A stretch of DNA of 64,000 bases from Octopus vulgaris (Eukaryota): NCBI GenBank assembly GCA_951406725.2, contig OX597822.1:12586001-12650000 (forward strand), given 5' to 3'. The translations under genes were made by a program, and so were the position numbers. Position 1 is the first letter of the stretch, and every line of letters starts with the position of its first letter. Below, piece by piece: positions 26,938-38,488 of the stretch. Under the pieces are notes generated by a model. The model was not told the origin of the DNA. It saw only the letters and a program-made list of their open reading frames with translations, and ran no database searches.

Positions 26938-27259
26938 GCAGTCAGACCCCGCAGGTGTCGCCACTGACGTCTCTGTTCGAAGGTTTCTATTTACCTAGCT
27001 TCAGTGGAATACATCCACTTGTTTTCAATAATAGAAGTATTAAAATTACTAAGTCTCTATAAAAGAGATTACGGCAGCGTTTACTGGAAATTAATTGTTA
27101 TCGCCATATTAATATGGCATTCTTATAGACATAAGAATAATCGCTGCCGCTGGTCAGCTCCATGAAGCCACCGCCTTAAGATAGCTATTGATACACGATC
27201 TGTATCCATTATAACCTTCGAACAAGGGAGGTCAGCCGCTTCACACTGCCAGTCCGACA

Positions 27260-27301
27260 GCTACAGACGCGTTTCGGGGTATTGCCCCTTGTCAATGTAG
27301 C
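27260..27301 (-). ncRNA. Type-I hammerhead, U3-A8 core (second tandem copy)
   Basis: gctaca-TTGACAA-gggg caata cccc-GAAA-cgcg-TC-tgtagc. Differs from the first copy only at the free N7 position. Confidence 0.8.
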
Positions 27302-27834
27302 GGGGTCTAATATATATATATATTTCTTTCTCTCTTCTTCCTCTCCGCCACCTCCTTCCTAACTTTACTACTATTGCTGTTTAGAATAACACCTACGCAA
27401 TATTTATAATACATTCAAAAGAGATGTCTCAAGAATGCAATCACTACTACCATGCACAAGTCATTTTCAGGGCACTTGACCATTTAACATTCTATGACTA
27501 TCATGGGACTCCCGCATTCTCCTCCGCAGCATCCGTCTCCTCCGCCTCCTCCTCCTCCTCCTCCCCCTCTGCTTTCTTCTTCCCTGCCAAGAATTCGCAT
27601 CTACCTCGAACCCACAAGAGTAAACGAGAGAAATAGACGGTTAGAAACAAGACAAAAGGCCCCTTATATTTGAATAGTATGCAAATATTCTAAAATCTCT
27701 TCTTACAGTTGAAAAATTCTCAATGATTCAAACCGGTACTGAAATGTTTTTTATAAAATTATTTTAGCATTTTCTACCTTGATTTTTTTCCATATACATA
27801 CATACATACATACATACATACATACATACATACA

Positions 27835-27865
<31 letters not shown>

Positions 27866-27867
<2 letters not shown>

Positions 27868-28110
27868 TCTCTTTACTCTTTACTCTTTTACTCTTTTACT
27901 TGTTTCGGTCATTTGACACCGGCCATGCTGGAGCACCGCCTCTAGTCGAGCAAATCGACCCCGGCACTTAGTCTTTGTAAGCCCAGTACTTATTCTATCG
28001 GTCTCTTTTGCCGAACCGCTAAGTGACGGGGACGTATACACACCAGCATCGGTTGTCAAGCAATGCTAGGGAGACAAACACAGATACACAAACACATACA
28101 CACACACACA
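27866..28110 (-). mobile_element. SINE family A, 3' half
   Basis: Near-identical to 29947-30170, with an (agtaaaag)n-like tail. Confidence 0.75.
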
Positions 28111-28204
28111 CACGCATATATATATATATATATATAAATATATATATAATAAGTATAGGAAAGAATGGAGCTGAACGAAGATTTAACAAAATTCCTTTAT
28201 TTTA

Positions 28205-28288
28205 TTTTCGACATATGTTTCGAAGTCTGCAAAATCCCTAATTCCGAATGAATAAGGAATCCATTATGCAGCTTTCTCTTCAGGAAAA
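28205..28288 (-). ncRNA. Type-I hammerhead in the PLE pseudo-LTR
   Basis: ttttc-CTGAAGA-gaaagctgca...tgcagacttc-GAAA-catatg-TC-gaaaa. The + copy starting at 29871 is split by a SINE. Confidence 0.8.
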
Positions 28289-28844
28289 TCCAGGAACTTC
28301 TTTCGCCAACAAAATGCACAACAAGTTTTTAGATGACTGCTCACGAGGAGCCCATAGCGATAATGATAAATAATGTCTATTTATAGGGGGTGACGTCAGA
28401 TTGGTTGAAAGTAGGAGAAACTGGCAGTTAAAATAGTTCAAGGGTTCAATCGAGGTTGGAGAAGGAAGGTAAAAGAATATTAAGGTGAGGGAATGTATTC
28501 TGTATGACTGGTGTTTATATTTGATTTATTTTATGAATGAGTGCTCGTATGTATGAGTGTGTATATTTTCCTTAATGTGTGTGTGTGTGTCTGTGAATGC
28601 GTGATTGTGTGTGTAGAAGGCAGACAGAAAATTAACGGTCAGGAGGTGAAAGGACTGTGTCTGTGTGTTCGAATGTGTCGCCCACAATAGTAATGACAAG
28701 AGACAAGGGTACTACTGGAATTGGTTGTAGTTCTTAGCAATTATGTGAAAGTCTTATAAACAAAAGGGATGAGATATCACAAATTAATTTTGTAGGAAAT
28801 CCAGGGTTTATCTATATTAGACTTCATAGGTATGAGTGAAAGGT

Positions 28845-29746
28845 ATGCTTTTTCCAGTGTAAGCATCTGAAAGATCTCTCGACAATCTAGTTTACTACTT
28901 GGCCTCGGGCCAACAGAATATGAAAAAGTTCGGAATTACAGAGGGCACAGATTTTTCTGCCCTTATCAAACGGTAAGGACACCGACAATATTGACCATTC
29001 CAGCGTAAAAGTTGAATTTGCGTTCTTCAAACGCCAGACTTATTTGCTTAGCCCTGTGGTGTGCTGTTTACTCTTATCTCGGAACGTAGAAAAATGGTTT
29101 GAGACCCTCGTGGCTAATTTAGAGGAGGTTGCGCCAATATAGAGGTAGACATCGGATCCAGTAGAAATTTTGCACTGGTAAGTGGTGTTTCTAATTTTGG
29201 AGTTATTTGATAAGAACCTTAATCTATTGGGATTAGTTTCCGATACTAATACAACGATCTTATTTCTATGATGGGTGTAAAAATTACTGCTGGATTTGGG
29301 CATGATACTATTCATCCTATTTTCATTACTATTTAAGGCAATATCACCTGCACATTCCCTGTTTCTGGGAATGCTGTGATTGTTATTGTCCGTAAAACTA
29401 CTGTTGTTAAGAACGCTACTACTATTATTGTTGAGACCCCCTCCGTTAATGTCCTGGCCGGTGCTCTTATCCTTATTATTATTGCTAACGCCAATGCTGG
29501 TATGAAGGCTGCTAATATCTGTGCTATTTCTATTATTATTATTATTACTATATGTTACGTTGGAATTTGACAGGGCGGTGTCTCTGCTCATGGGTGATGA
29601 GACCTTATTTAGCAGCTTATTGTTATGGGAGGCAATTATCTGTGAGAGATTTTTAGTATTTGAGAAAGCAATCCTTACTTTGCGCGAATTTATAGTGGAG
29701 TAATATCTTGAATTTCTGGGAAAATTCCTGGCAATGTCTTGGCGAA
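28845..29746 (-). pseudogene. Penelope GIY-YIG endonuclease / ORF C-terminus remnant
   Basis: FPRNSRYYSTINSRKVRIAFSNTKNLSQIIASHNNKLL, an Asn/Ser-rich linker, TTYQCKI...YLYIGATS...RVSNH...TGLSK*VW, then WSIL...KICALCNSE...CLH. Contains in-frame stops. Confidence 0.85.
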
Positions 29747-29945
29747 ACTTTCAACCAATCTGACGTCACCCCCTATAAATAGACATTATTTATCATTATC
29801 GCTATGGGCTCCTCGTGAGCAGTCATCTAAAAACTTGTTGTGCATTTTGTTGGCGAAAGAAGTTCCTGGATTTTCCTGAAGAGAAAGCTGCATAATGGAC
29901 TCCTTATTCATTCGGAATTAGGGATTTTGCAGACTTCGAAACATA

Positions 29946-30335
29946 TACTCTTTACTCTTACTCTTTTACTTGTTTCAGTCATTTGACTGTGGCCATGCTG
30001 GAGCACCGCCTTTAGTCGAGCAAATCGACCCCGGGACTTATTCTTTGTAAGCCCAGTACTTATTCTATTGGTCTCTTTTGCCGAACCGCTAAGTGACAGG
30101 GACGTAAACACACCAGCATCGGTTGTCAAGCAATGCTAGGGGGACAAACCTAGACACACAAACACATACACACACATATATATACATATACATGACAGGC
30201 TTCTTTCAGTTTCCGTCTACCAAAATCCACTCACAAGGCATTGGTCGGCCCGAGGCTATAGCAGAAGACACTTGCGCAAGATGTCACACAGTGGGACTGA
30301 ACCCGGAACCATGTGGTTGGTAAGTAAGCTGCGCC
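29946..30335 (-). mobile_element. SINE family A inserted in the PLE hammerhead stem III
   Basis: Flanks ca-tat|...|tat-gtc versus intact catatgtc in the other arm. The head has a short internal deletion. Confidence 0.85.
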
Positions 30336-31107
30336 TATGTCGAAAATAAAATTAATGAATTTTGTTAAATCTTCGTTCAGCTCCATTCTTTCCTGTACTT
30401 ATTATATTAAATTAAACTTCAAATTTCCGCACTAAGGCACGGAGTATATGCCCTATGGTCGTAACTTCAACCGTGCTCTTTCTGTCGTGAGTTTGCTACC
30501 CAGGTATCGGTTATCTTTCGAATTATCCGTAATAAGATAATTCATTTATCTACTTAGATATATATATATATATTATTTACTCCCACTTTTTTAGCAAGCT
30601 GATTCTTTGTGTACCCTCTATATATGTACTGCAAGCTTCTTTTAGTTTCCGTTTACCAAATGTTCTCACAAGGCTTTGGGCGTCCCGAGGCTATAGCAGA
30701 AGACACTTGTTCTAGATAACTCACATTGCGACTGAACCTGGAATCATTTGGTTGAGAAGGAAACGTCTGAGTGTACAACCACGCCTGCGCCTACATAACT
30801 TCCCAGTAGGCGTTTTTTTTTTTCCTTTTTCTAACCAAACACATCTTTTGCATTAATTATTACCCCACTCCCTTGCATTTCCCAACCAATCTGGAGCTCA
30901 CTGACATTCACTTAATTCACTCATGCTATAATCAGATTATCTTTACGCTTATCTTTCTAAGCGACAGCATACAGTTTCAGATATTCAAATTGGAAAGCTT
31001 GCGTTTACCTTGCATTATGCTCCACGTTTGCTCTTTGACATTTTTTGACTTTTTGTCTTTATCTTACATCTTACACCCCCAGGAAACCTTCATATCCCCC
31101 CTGCATC

Positions 31108-31192
31108 TCTTCTTCTTCTTCTTCTTCTTCTTCTTCTTCTTCTTCTTCTTCTTCTTCTTCTTCTTCTTCTTCTTCTTCTTCTTCTTCTTCTT
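31108..31192. repeat. (TTC)n microsatellite
   Basis: Read directly. Confidence 0.95.
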
Positions 31193-31756
31193 GTTCTTCT
31201 ACTTCTACTTCTACTTCACCTTCTTTTCTTCTTCTTACCTCCTTCGTCTCTTTCAGTAGTTCTCAATTATTTCTTTTTATCTATGGACCCCTTTGATTTC
31301 TATTGTATTCTGGTAGACTTCCATAGCCTTTCAATATTTACAAACTAATTTTATAGATATTTCTTTCAAAATTCCCATTTTGTTTTTCACATTTTAACTT
31401 GTGTAGGTACATCTAAGTAAAACGTCAGAGAAAAAACGGAGATGCTTCTTGAAATAAATATATCCAAAGTAAACTATTTTAAATAGATCCTTAATATACC
31501 TCTGAGGGTCATCGTTTTATTATTTTGCTTTTGTGGACCCTAACAGATCCCACATAGACCACGGCTGAGAAGCAGTGTCGACTCAATTTTGTCCATTTGC
31601 TTTCTTCTTGGTCTCTTTATTTGTCTTGTCCCTCTCTCCTCTCTCATTATCATCAGAATTCTGAAACCGTTAACCTATTGTGTGCTGTAGACACCAACTT
31701 TAATTATAGAAGTGTTTAGGCGCAGGAGTGGTTTTGTGGTAAGTAGCTTGCTTACC

Positions 31757-32780
31757 TCGCTTATGCATACGTCAGTTTCTCAGCCATTTAAGAGAGTGAA
31801 CAGTCAAAACGTGCTTTAAAGCCGTCTTGAATTAAAGAACCGTTGATGGCGCGACTGCTACGTAAGCATCTGTCTTTTAGGGATTCGGTGGGGAATTATT
31901 TTTTTGATATTGTTATTTTCTCGAATAAGAAATCCACACTGAGTCCTAGACAACTGTCTGCTGCAGTCGCGCCAAGTGACTGACTTAGCTGTGAGATTTG
32001 TTGCTTTTGGTGGGCGTGTCTCGATACCAAAATTTGGAAAATTTATGAAATCATGGATGAATTTTTGTTTACTGCGACGGTGAACCTCTATTCTTGCAGA
32101 TTACCTGAGTGGCGGAATTGTGTTGCCGTGAATTGAACTGTCTTCGTTCTTTTTCTAAGCTGTGCAGAAAAAACACTATAAGGGCATACCTTTAACTTTC
32201 ACACGGGAAACTGAATGCCCACGGCAGATAGCTGTGGAGACCATAACGTTGCCAGTGATGCGTAGGCTGCAGGGACTCAAAGAGGATTATCGCTTGTGGC
32301 CGGGTAACGCCGATTCGGAGCCCGCATTGGTTTTAAACGAGACGTGGGTGATCGCGGAGTATGCGGGCACAAGCGATGTTGGGGAGGAAAATTGGCAAGA
32401 GGCTGAAAAGCCTCAGTGTTAAAATGTTTAAGTGTGTAAGAAGCTCAGCGCATCAATTTGTAAATGGATATTAAGTCCAAAATTTGAAAAAAAACGGAAG
32501 CAAATGGTTTAATACCTCATTTTGTTTTTTCTGTAAAAAATGATGTTTTAATTTGTAAATGGACTATTAAGTCCAATAATTGTAAAACGGAAGTAAGAGG
32601 TTCAATACCTCGGTTTGTTCTTTGTGTAAAAAGTGTTTTAGAGAAGCAAAAAATCGGCGGGCGGTTTTTGGCTTCTCCCATCAATGTCATTTAACTACAT
32701 CATTCATCTCATCAATGTTTCTGTCCAGCCGGCAAGCTACTCTGTATCATACCTTTATGGCAAATTTTTTTGAAATAAAG
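31757..32780 (+). mobile_element. RT-less retroelement copy 1 (shorter, decayed ORF)
   Basis: 5' gtcagtt; ORF remnant FTRETECPRQIAVETITLPVMRRLQGLKEDYRLWPG; 3' tgtccagccggcaagctactct...ggcaaattt..tgaAATAAA. Homologous to copy 2. Confidence 0.65.
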
Positions 32781-32790
32781 TAATTGCTTA

Positions 32791-34350
32791 TTCCCGACGC
32801 ATGCGCCGTCAGTTGTCGGCTACTGCTACTGTGAACGTCACGTCGCTTTAAGTTGCGTGAAGAAGAGAAATAAAAGAGACTGGCTACAGGTAAGACTTTT
32901 TGTTTTATTTTTAGTTCGGTGGGGATTTATTGCTGTGTTATTTTTAATAAATACCTGCTGAACTCTAAACAATTTTGTCTGTCAGTGGTGAGTCTAGTTG
33001 TACTCAATTTTAGTGAGTTAAAATTTTTTTGGTGGGCGTATCTCGCCACCCAAACATTGTTTCTGTACCTGGTCTGCTGAAATTCCTACCTTGGAGTACC
33101 TGGTTTGTTGTAGTTCCTGCTTCGGAGAACCTGGTTTTGCTGTTGCTACCAAGTTCCAATTTGGACCAGGAATACCTTTGACCGGAAGAGTGTGTTCGTA
33201 GTATCTTTTTGTTTTGTTTTTCTTGAACTGTTTTCTCTTCTGTTTACTTCAAAGACTTTTTTTAACTATCTCTGAAAATTGTCCGTTTGTTTTTGTATTC
33301 TAACATGACGGACAACAAGAACAACAGGTAAAGCACTGCTTTGGAGTGGGAGATTATCCAACCCAAAGAGTTGCTTAAACAGCAAGAGGAGAAGACGGTG
33401 GTGTTGAGAACGTACTCGAAAGTTCTCGAGGCCATAGCCGTCTTCTCCAAGCAGGAAATTGAAAAGGAGTTAACAGACTATCCGCCAACTGTGAAGTTTA
33501 TTACCCGGGGTATCGGATATGCAACGATTTGGTTGCTACTTGACATGCCGGTGGAAGCTCGTACTTTTTGCGAGCCAGCCCCAGGAGGGCAATAAGATAT
33601 TATTTCTTCCCACGTATTTGGGAGGAAATTGATGAAGGCTTAGCTCTGCGGGCTGCCACTCAATATAGAACCAGGGTGGATAGCGGACACTATCCTCTGG
33701 GGTCTGGGTGGCAGCAACACCAATCTCCTCAGTGTAAAGCTATTACCGGTGACTGATTGGGTCTTCGACCCGGATCTTCGTCGCTGGAAATTGTGCCACC
33801 GACGGTGGAAGTGACTACCCCACCACTTAAAGGAGAAGAATTACTTATCTTCTTCTACAGGAGCGAGTGTTGGAGAAGGTGGTGGAGAAGCACCAAGAGG
33901 GATTAGTTCTGGCCTACACACGGGATCCCGAGTGGCCTCCAGAAATAGCTGTGGAGGTCATAAAGGCGCCCGTGGTGCAAAGGCTGAAGGAACTCAGAGA
34001 GGAGTATCGCTTATGGCCGGGTGGCACCGGTACGACACAAGCTTTATACTTGAGTGAGGCGTGGGAAATGGCAGGGTACGGGATCAGAAGCGATACTGAA
34101 TTTGAAGAAGATGTTGTAGAAAAGGACTACGCGTATGAGGTAGGAAAGCCTCGTCATTGTAAAACGATAAGAGGTTTTAAACCCCAATCTGCTTATTCTA
34201 AAAAAGAACATCGTTTTGGGGAGACGGCGGTTGGCGGGCGCCGTTCGTTTCTCTCATTAATATGTTTATATTGATTTCATCCCATTAATGTAATTGTCCA
34301 GCCCGGAGTCACTCTATGCCATGCCCCTGTGGCAAATTGTATGAAATAAA
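32791..34350 (+). mobile_element. RT-less retroelement copy 2 (ORF1-like remnant; possibly an L1/Tx1-derived non-autonomous element)
   Basis: 5' gtcagtt; broken ORF from ~33305 (WEIIQPKELLKQQEEKTVVLRTYSK...; YTRDPEWPPEIAVEVIKAPVVQRLKELREEYRLWPG); same 3' end with AATAAA. No RT or endonuclease motifs. Confidence 0.65.
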
Positions 34351-34488
34351 GTAGCTTGCTTCCCAACCACGTGGTTCCGGGTTCAGTCTCACTGTGCGTC
34401 AGCTTGGGCAAGTGTCTTCTACTATAGCCTCGGATCGACCAAAGCCTCATGAGTGGATTAGGTAGCCGGAAACTGAAATGAATCCGTC

Positions 34489-34552
<64 letters not shown>

Positions 34553-34884
34553 ATGTGTGTATGTGTGTATGCGTATATGTTTGTGTGTCCTTGTTTGTTC
34601 CCCACACAACATCTCTTGACAACCGATGATGGTGTGCTTACATTCCCCTAACTTAGCGGTTCGGCAAAAGACACCGATAGAATAAGTAGTAGGCTTACAA
34701 ACAATAAGTCATACGGTCAATTTGCTCGACTAAAGGCGGTGCTCCAGCATGGCCGCATTCGAATAAGTGAAACAAGTAAAAGAATAAAAGAATTAAAGAA
34801 TTTGCTCATTTACTCTATCATTAAAATCCATTCATAAACTAGAGTTCCTTGCTCTTTCTACCATAACGAACACTATTTACTACA

Positions 34885-35396
34885 TCTATATATATAAAAC
34901 TGTAGTTGTGTGAGTGTCTGTCCCCTTCGATTTAGATTCCTAACTACTCCCACATTTTGTGGTGCAGTTTAACCAAATTCGGGTATCTTATAGTCGTGAT
35001 TCATATCGAGCCCGTCTGAGTTTTAGCGCGCGTCTACGATGAGTCTACGATTTTAAAAATAATTCAACATCATTTTTTATTCCATTTTAATGCATAATTT
35101 TTCGTGTGTCGATGGCGGCGGAGTTGGCGTCCATGGTCACACCTGCACCTGTTTGCTTCTCCCCTTCTTCCCTCCCTCGTGAAGCTGTGGGGAAGGGAGT
35201 GTAAGGAAATCAACGTCGTAAAGCGTTTTCAAGGAGACCAGCGTTCTTTTAGAACAACGACTTCATGGCTTGAAGACACCAAAACAGAAATGACTAAGAA
35301 AGCCCGAATTGGCATCTATAAGGGAAGTAACTCTCTAAAAATGCTTATATAGTTATTTCCCTTACAAACCCGAGCAACGCCGGGCGATACTGCTAG
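34885..35396 (+). mobile_element. Non-autonomous Helitron
   Basis: A|TC 5' end, subterminal hairpin cccgagcaacgccggg, CTAG|T 3' end, no TSD. Confidence 0.85.
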
Positions 35397-35979
35397 TTTA
35401 GATTTAAAACAGTTACATGTGCAACGTACTTAGTGTTACTATATCGTGTGAGGCAAAATTACTGTGCTTTTTATACGCAAAATATATGTCATATGAACGC
35501 ACTGTGTTAAAACAATTTTCAAACATCGGCTATTGAAATTGCTAGGCGACATTTTGTTTTGTTGGATTTTATCGGTAGCTTATGCCCGTTGCAAAACGCA
35601 TTCCAAGACGTGATATGTCGCCAACGATATAAAGCAACTGCAAATAATCACTGATGTAGCAAATAGCTGCCAAGCTGAATCAGGATTCAAATAACCATTT
35701 GTATATCACACTGAATGCTAATACCTCGTAACTGGCAAGTTAGTGCGACATTTGAAAATATCGGAAATAACATCTGAAATGGATGTGTTGCGTTTAAAGG
35801 CACTATATACATACATACATATATATATATAAGTGTAGGTGAATGAATTATCCTATGTTTATCGTCAGCATGGAAAATTCGTTTAACCGAAACCTGAGTA
35901 GCAAATTCACGTCAAAAAACATGTGTCGAGAGTAAAGGAATTTTGTTAACATCTTCGTTCGACTCCATTCTTTCATTTA

Positions 35980-36047
<68 letters not shown>

Positions 36048-36279
36048 CCAAATAAACACACACACTATATATATATTTGGTTTTCATACGTTTATTAAAG
36101 TTCTTTTTTTTTAACTCATCTCCATTGTCCACAATTTCTCGTCACACGTCTGTGACCTCATCAACGGCACTTTTCATTTTTGCGTGTGCTCTTGCTTCAC
36201 TTACTCAATTCTGTTCTGCTAAGATGTATAGCCTTACTTGCGTCCGTGTTTGTGTGTGTGCATGTGTGTGTATGTGTGT

Positions 36280-36328
<49 letters not shown>

Positions 36329-36583
36329 ATCATCTCACCTAAGACCCGAAAATTTCGTACAATTCCTTCATCTCTCTATGTTTGTGTGTTCTCCCCCGGT
36401 ATTGCCATCGTGGTAGCTGCTGTTGTTGTTATTGCCATCACTGTCACTTCCGCTGCTGCTGTCGTTGTTATTCGTGTTGTTGGTATTGTTGTGGCTGTCC
36501 GTTAAATTTCTTGTGTTTCTTTGTGTATGTGTTCGCTTCATATATTGTTTGTATCCATGCACTTTATATAGATTTATTATTTA

Positions 36584-36979
36584 CTAGCAGTATCGCCCGG
36601 CGTTGCTCGGTTTGTAAGGGAAATTACTATATAAGCATTTTTAGAGAGTTATAGCCTAAAAATAGCAAAAAAATGCATAAAAAATGGAAAAAAATTATGG
36701 TAATTTTTTTTAAAAACCGTTGACTCCTCGTAGACATTTTTAGAGAGTTACTTCCCTTTATATAATAGCGAAAAAATGCATTAAAATGGAAAAAAATGAT
36801 GGTAATTTATTTTTAAATCGTAGACTCATCGTAGACGCGCGCTAATACCCAGAAGGGCTCGATATGATTCACGACTATAAGATACCCGGTTTTGGTTAAA
36901 CTGCACCGCAAAATGTGGGAGTAGTTAGGAATCTAAATCGTAGGAGACAGACACACAACTTGACCTTTATATATAAAGA
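36584..36979 (-). mobile_element. Non-autonomous Helitron, same family, different interior
   Basis: Minus strand A|TCtttatatataaagg...ccgagcaacgccgggcgatactgCTAG|T. Shares the 5' ~190 bp and the 3' ~60 bp with 34885-35396. Confidence 0.85.
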
Positions 36980-37350
36980 TATTTTACATATCTGTTTCTT
37001 ATATATATCACAGGTTTGTAGCAAATATTGTTATTTATTTATAAATACATTAATAGTTTAATAGTTTTGTGCTGATTTATTCTGACAGCTACGACAGTCA
37101 TCTTATTGTCACAAGTATTCTGTCTGTCCTTTCTTTGATAATTAAGGAAGGCCGAAAGGGATGTTCTGGCGTATGGCAGTCCAATTTCTTTACTCATTTG
37201 TTTAAATAAGGGAGATGGATTGGAAATTCTAAGCAACAAATACGACAGGGTTAACAGCAGATTCATGTTATACGCCTTCAGTTTAGAATGTAGCAAGGAA
37301 TTGAATGTTGTTTCTGACGTTGGGGCAGGTTATTTAAATTTATTTTACAG

Positions 37351-37895
37351 CATCTTAGCACCTTAAACAGAGCAGCCCTAAGTCAGCAAATTGCTGCATT
37401 TGCTTGACTGGGTGCGTAGGAGTTTAGGATACTCGTAATTGAACAGTCGCAAACAAAACAGACAGCAATAACACTAACAACAGTAGCAGAAGCGGCAGAA
37501 GCGGCAGCAGCAGCCGTTCAAGAATTTGGACCTGGAGATCTCCATTTCCAGCGACTTCTAGGGCCACCTCCCTGTCGTGTCGGGCGTCAACGAACAGCCC
37601 TCGACTACAACAAGACGACCAAAGTTTTTTTCCAAGGCCTGGGGTCACCCGCCCCTAAACCCTAGACCATCACTTAATCACCCTTACCCGTCTTGTTGCT
37701 TCACAACAACAGCAGCAGCAGCAAGAAGCAGATTCGGCTTATCAAACTCCCTCCAGATATCCAACGATATTTGTAAAACTGTCGCCCTAAGCGATTAGTT
37801 CTTCGGCATATGAATAGAAATTACTGCTCTCCAAGAAACCCGTTTGGTAGATTCTGGAAGCCAAATAGAAACACACTAATAATTTTTCTGCAAAG
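37351..37895 (+). other. Candidate host-gene exon (5' UTR-like; possible start ATG at 37810)
   Basis: Repeat-free, GC-elevated island. Acceptor ttattttacag at 37350 and strong donor AAG|GTAAGA at 37895/37896. ATG 37810 stays open to the donor (MNRNYCSPRNPFGRFWKPNRNTLIIFLQ). No recognisable protein. Confidence 0.3.
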
Positions 37896-38254
37896 GTAAG
37901 ATGGAAGAAACTCGTAAATATGGTTTTGCATTTGTTGTCAGAATACGTGGGAGCGGATATGGGTGTGCGCGCGAGGGTGCGTGAGGCTACGCGTCCTGGT
38001 CACTAGGATGTCGCAAGCACGATAGCAAGATCGGCAGCGCATTGTACTTTTGAGCAAAGCACGTCATCTTATACGTCTCCAACCCACACAGCTGTCGATC
38101 GGTCAACGTACAATAGACTGGCGTCCCTAACCTGGTGGGTGGCATCACTTGAAAGCTAAAACAATCCGAGGAGCATACTGTGAGCAATGTTCTGTATTAA
38201 CATCCGATAGCCTAGTCAATGGAGTAATATCTATTTATCCATCTATCCATCTAT

Positions 38255-38488
38255 CTTATTTCTTTATTGCTCACAAGGGACTAAACATAGAGGGAACAAA
38301 CAAGGACAGACGAAGGGATTAAGTTGATTACATCGACCCCAGTGAGCAACTGGTGCTTAATTTATCGACCCCGAAAGGATGAAAGACAAAGTCGACCTCG
38401 GTGGAATTTGAACTTAGAACGTAGCGGCAGACGAAATAACGCTAATCATTTCGCCCGGCGTGCTAACGTTTCTGCCGGCTCGCCGCCT
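38255..38488 (-). mobile_element. tRNA-derived SINE, family B
   Basis: Minus strand ggcggcgagccggcagaaacgttagcacgccgggcgaaatg...aagttcaaattccaccgaggtcgactttg. Confidence 0.8.

Larger units (their letters stand above)
26729..27309 (-). mobile_element. Retrozyme-like tandem: 364 bp unit, ~1.6 copies, one hammerhead per unit, between (TA)n tracts
   Basis: aattgttatcgcc starts at 26729 and 27093. The copies are near-identical over ~210 bp. No ORF. Confidence 0.75.
28148..30560 (-). mobile_element. 5'-truncated Penelope-like retroelement with inverted pseudo-LTRs (28148-28412 and 29747-30403)
   Basis: ~265 bp near-identical inverted arms enclose a GIY-YIG coding remnant. (TA)n lies on both sides, and each arm carries a hammerhead. 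Confidence 0.85.
31719..34800 (+). mobile_element. SINE family A split into head (31719-31756) and body (34349-34800) by a 2.6 kb insertion
   Basis: ggcgcaggagtggttttgtggtaagtagcttgcttacc ... aagtagcttgcttcccaaccacgtggttccgggttcagtc. The two parts rejoin to the family consensus seen elsewhere in the window. Confidence 0.8.

Noticed and set aside
26729-27309. Direct repeats as a possible CRISPR array or LTR pair
   Set aside because: Eukaryotic context, no repeat-spacer periodicity, and no TG...CA ends, PBS or PPT.
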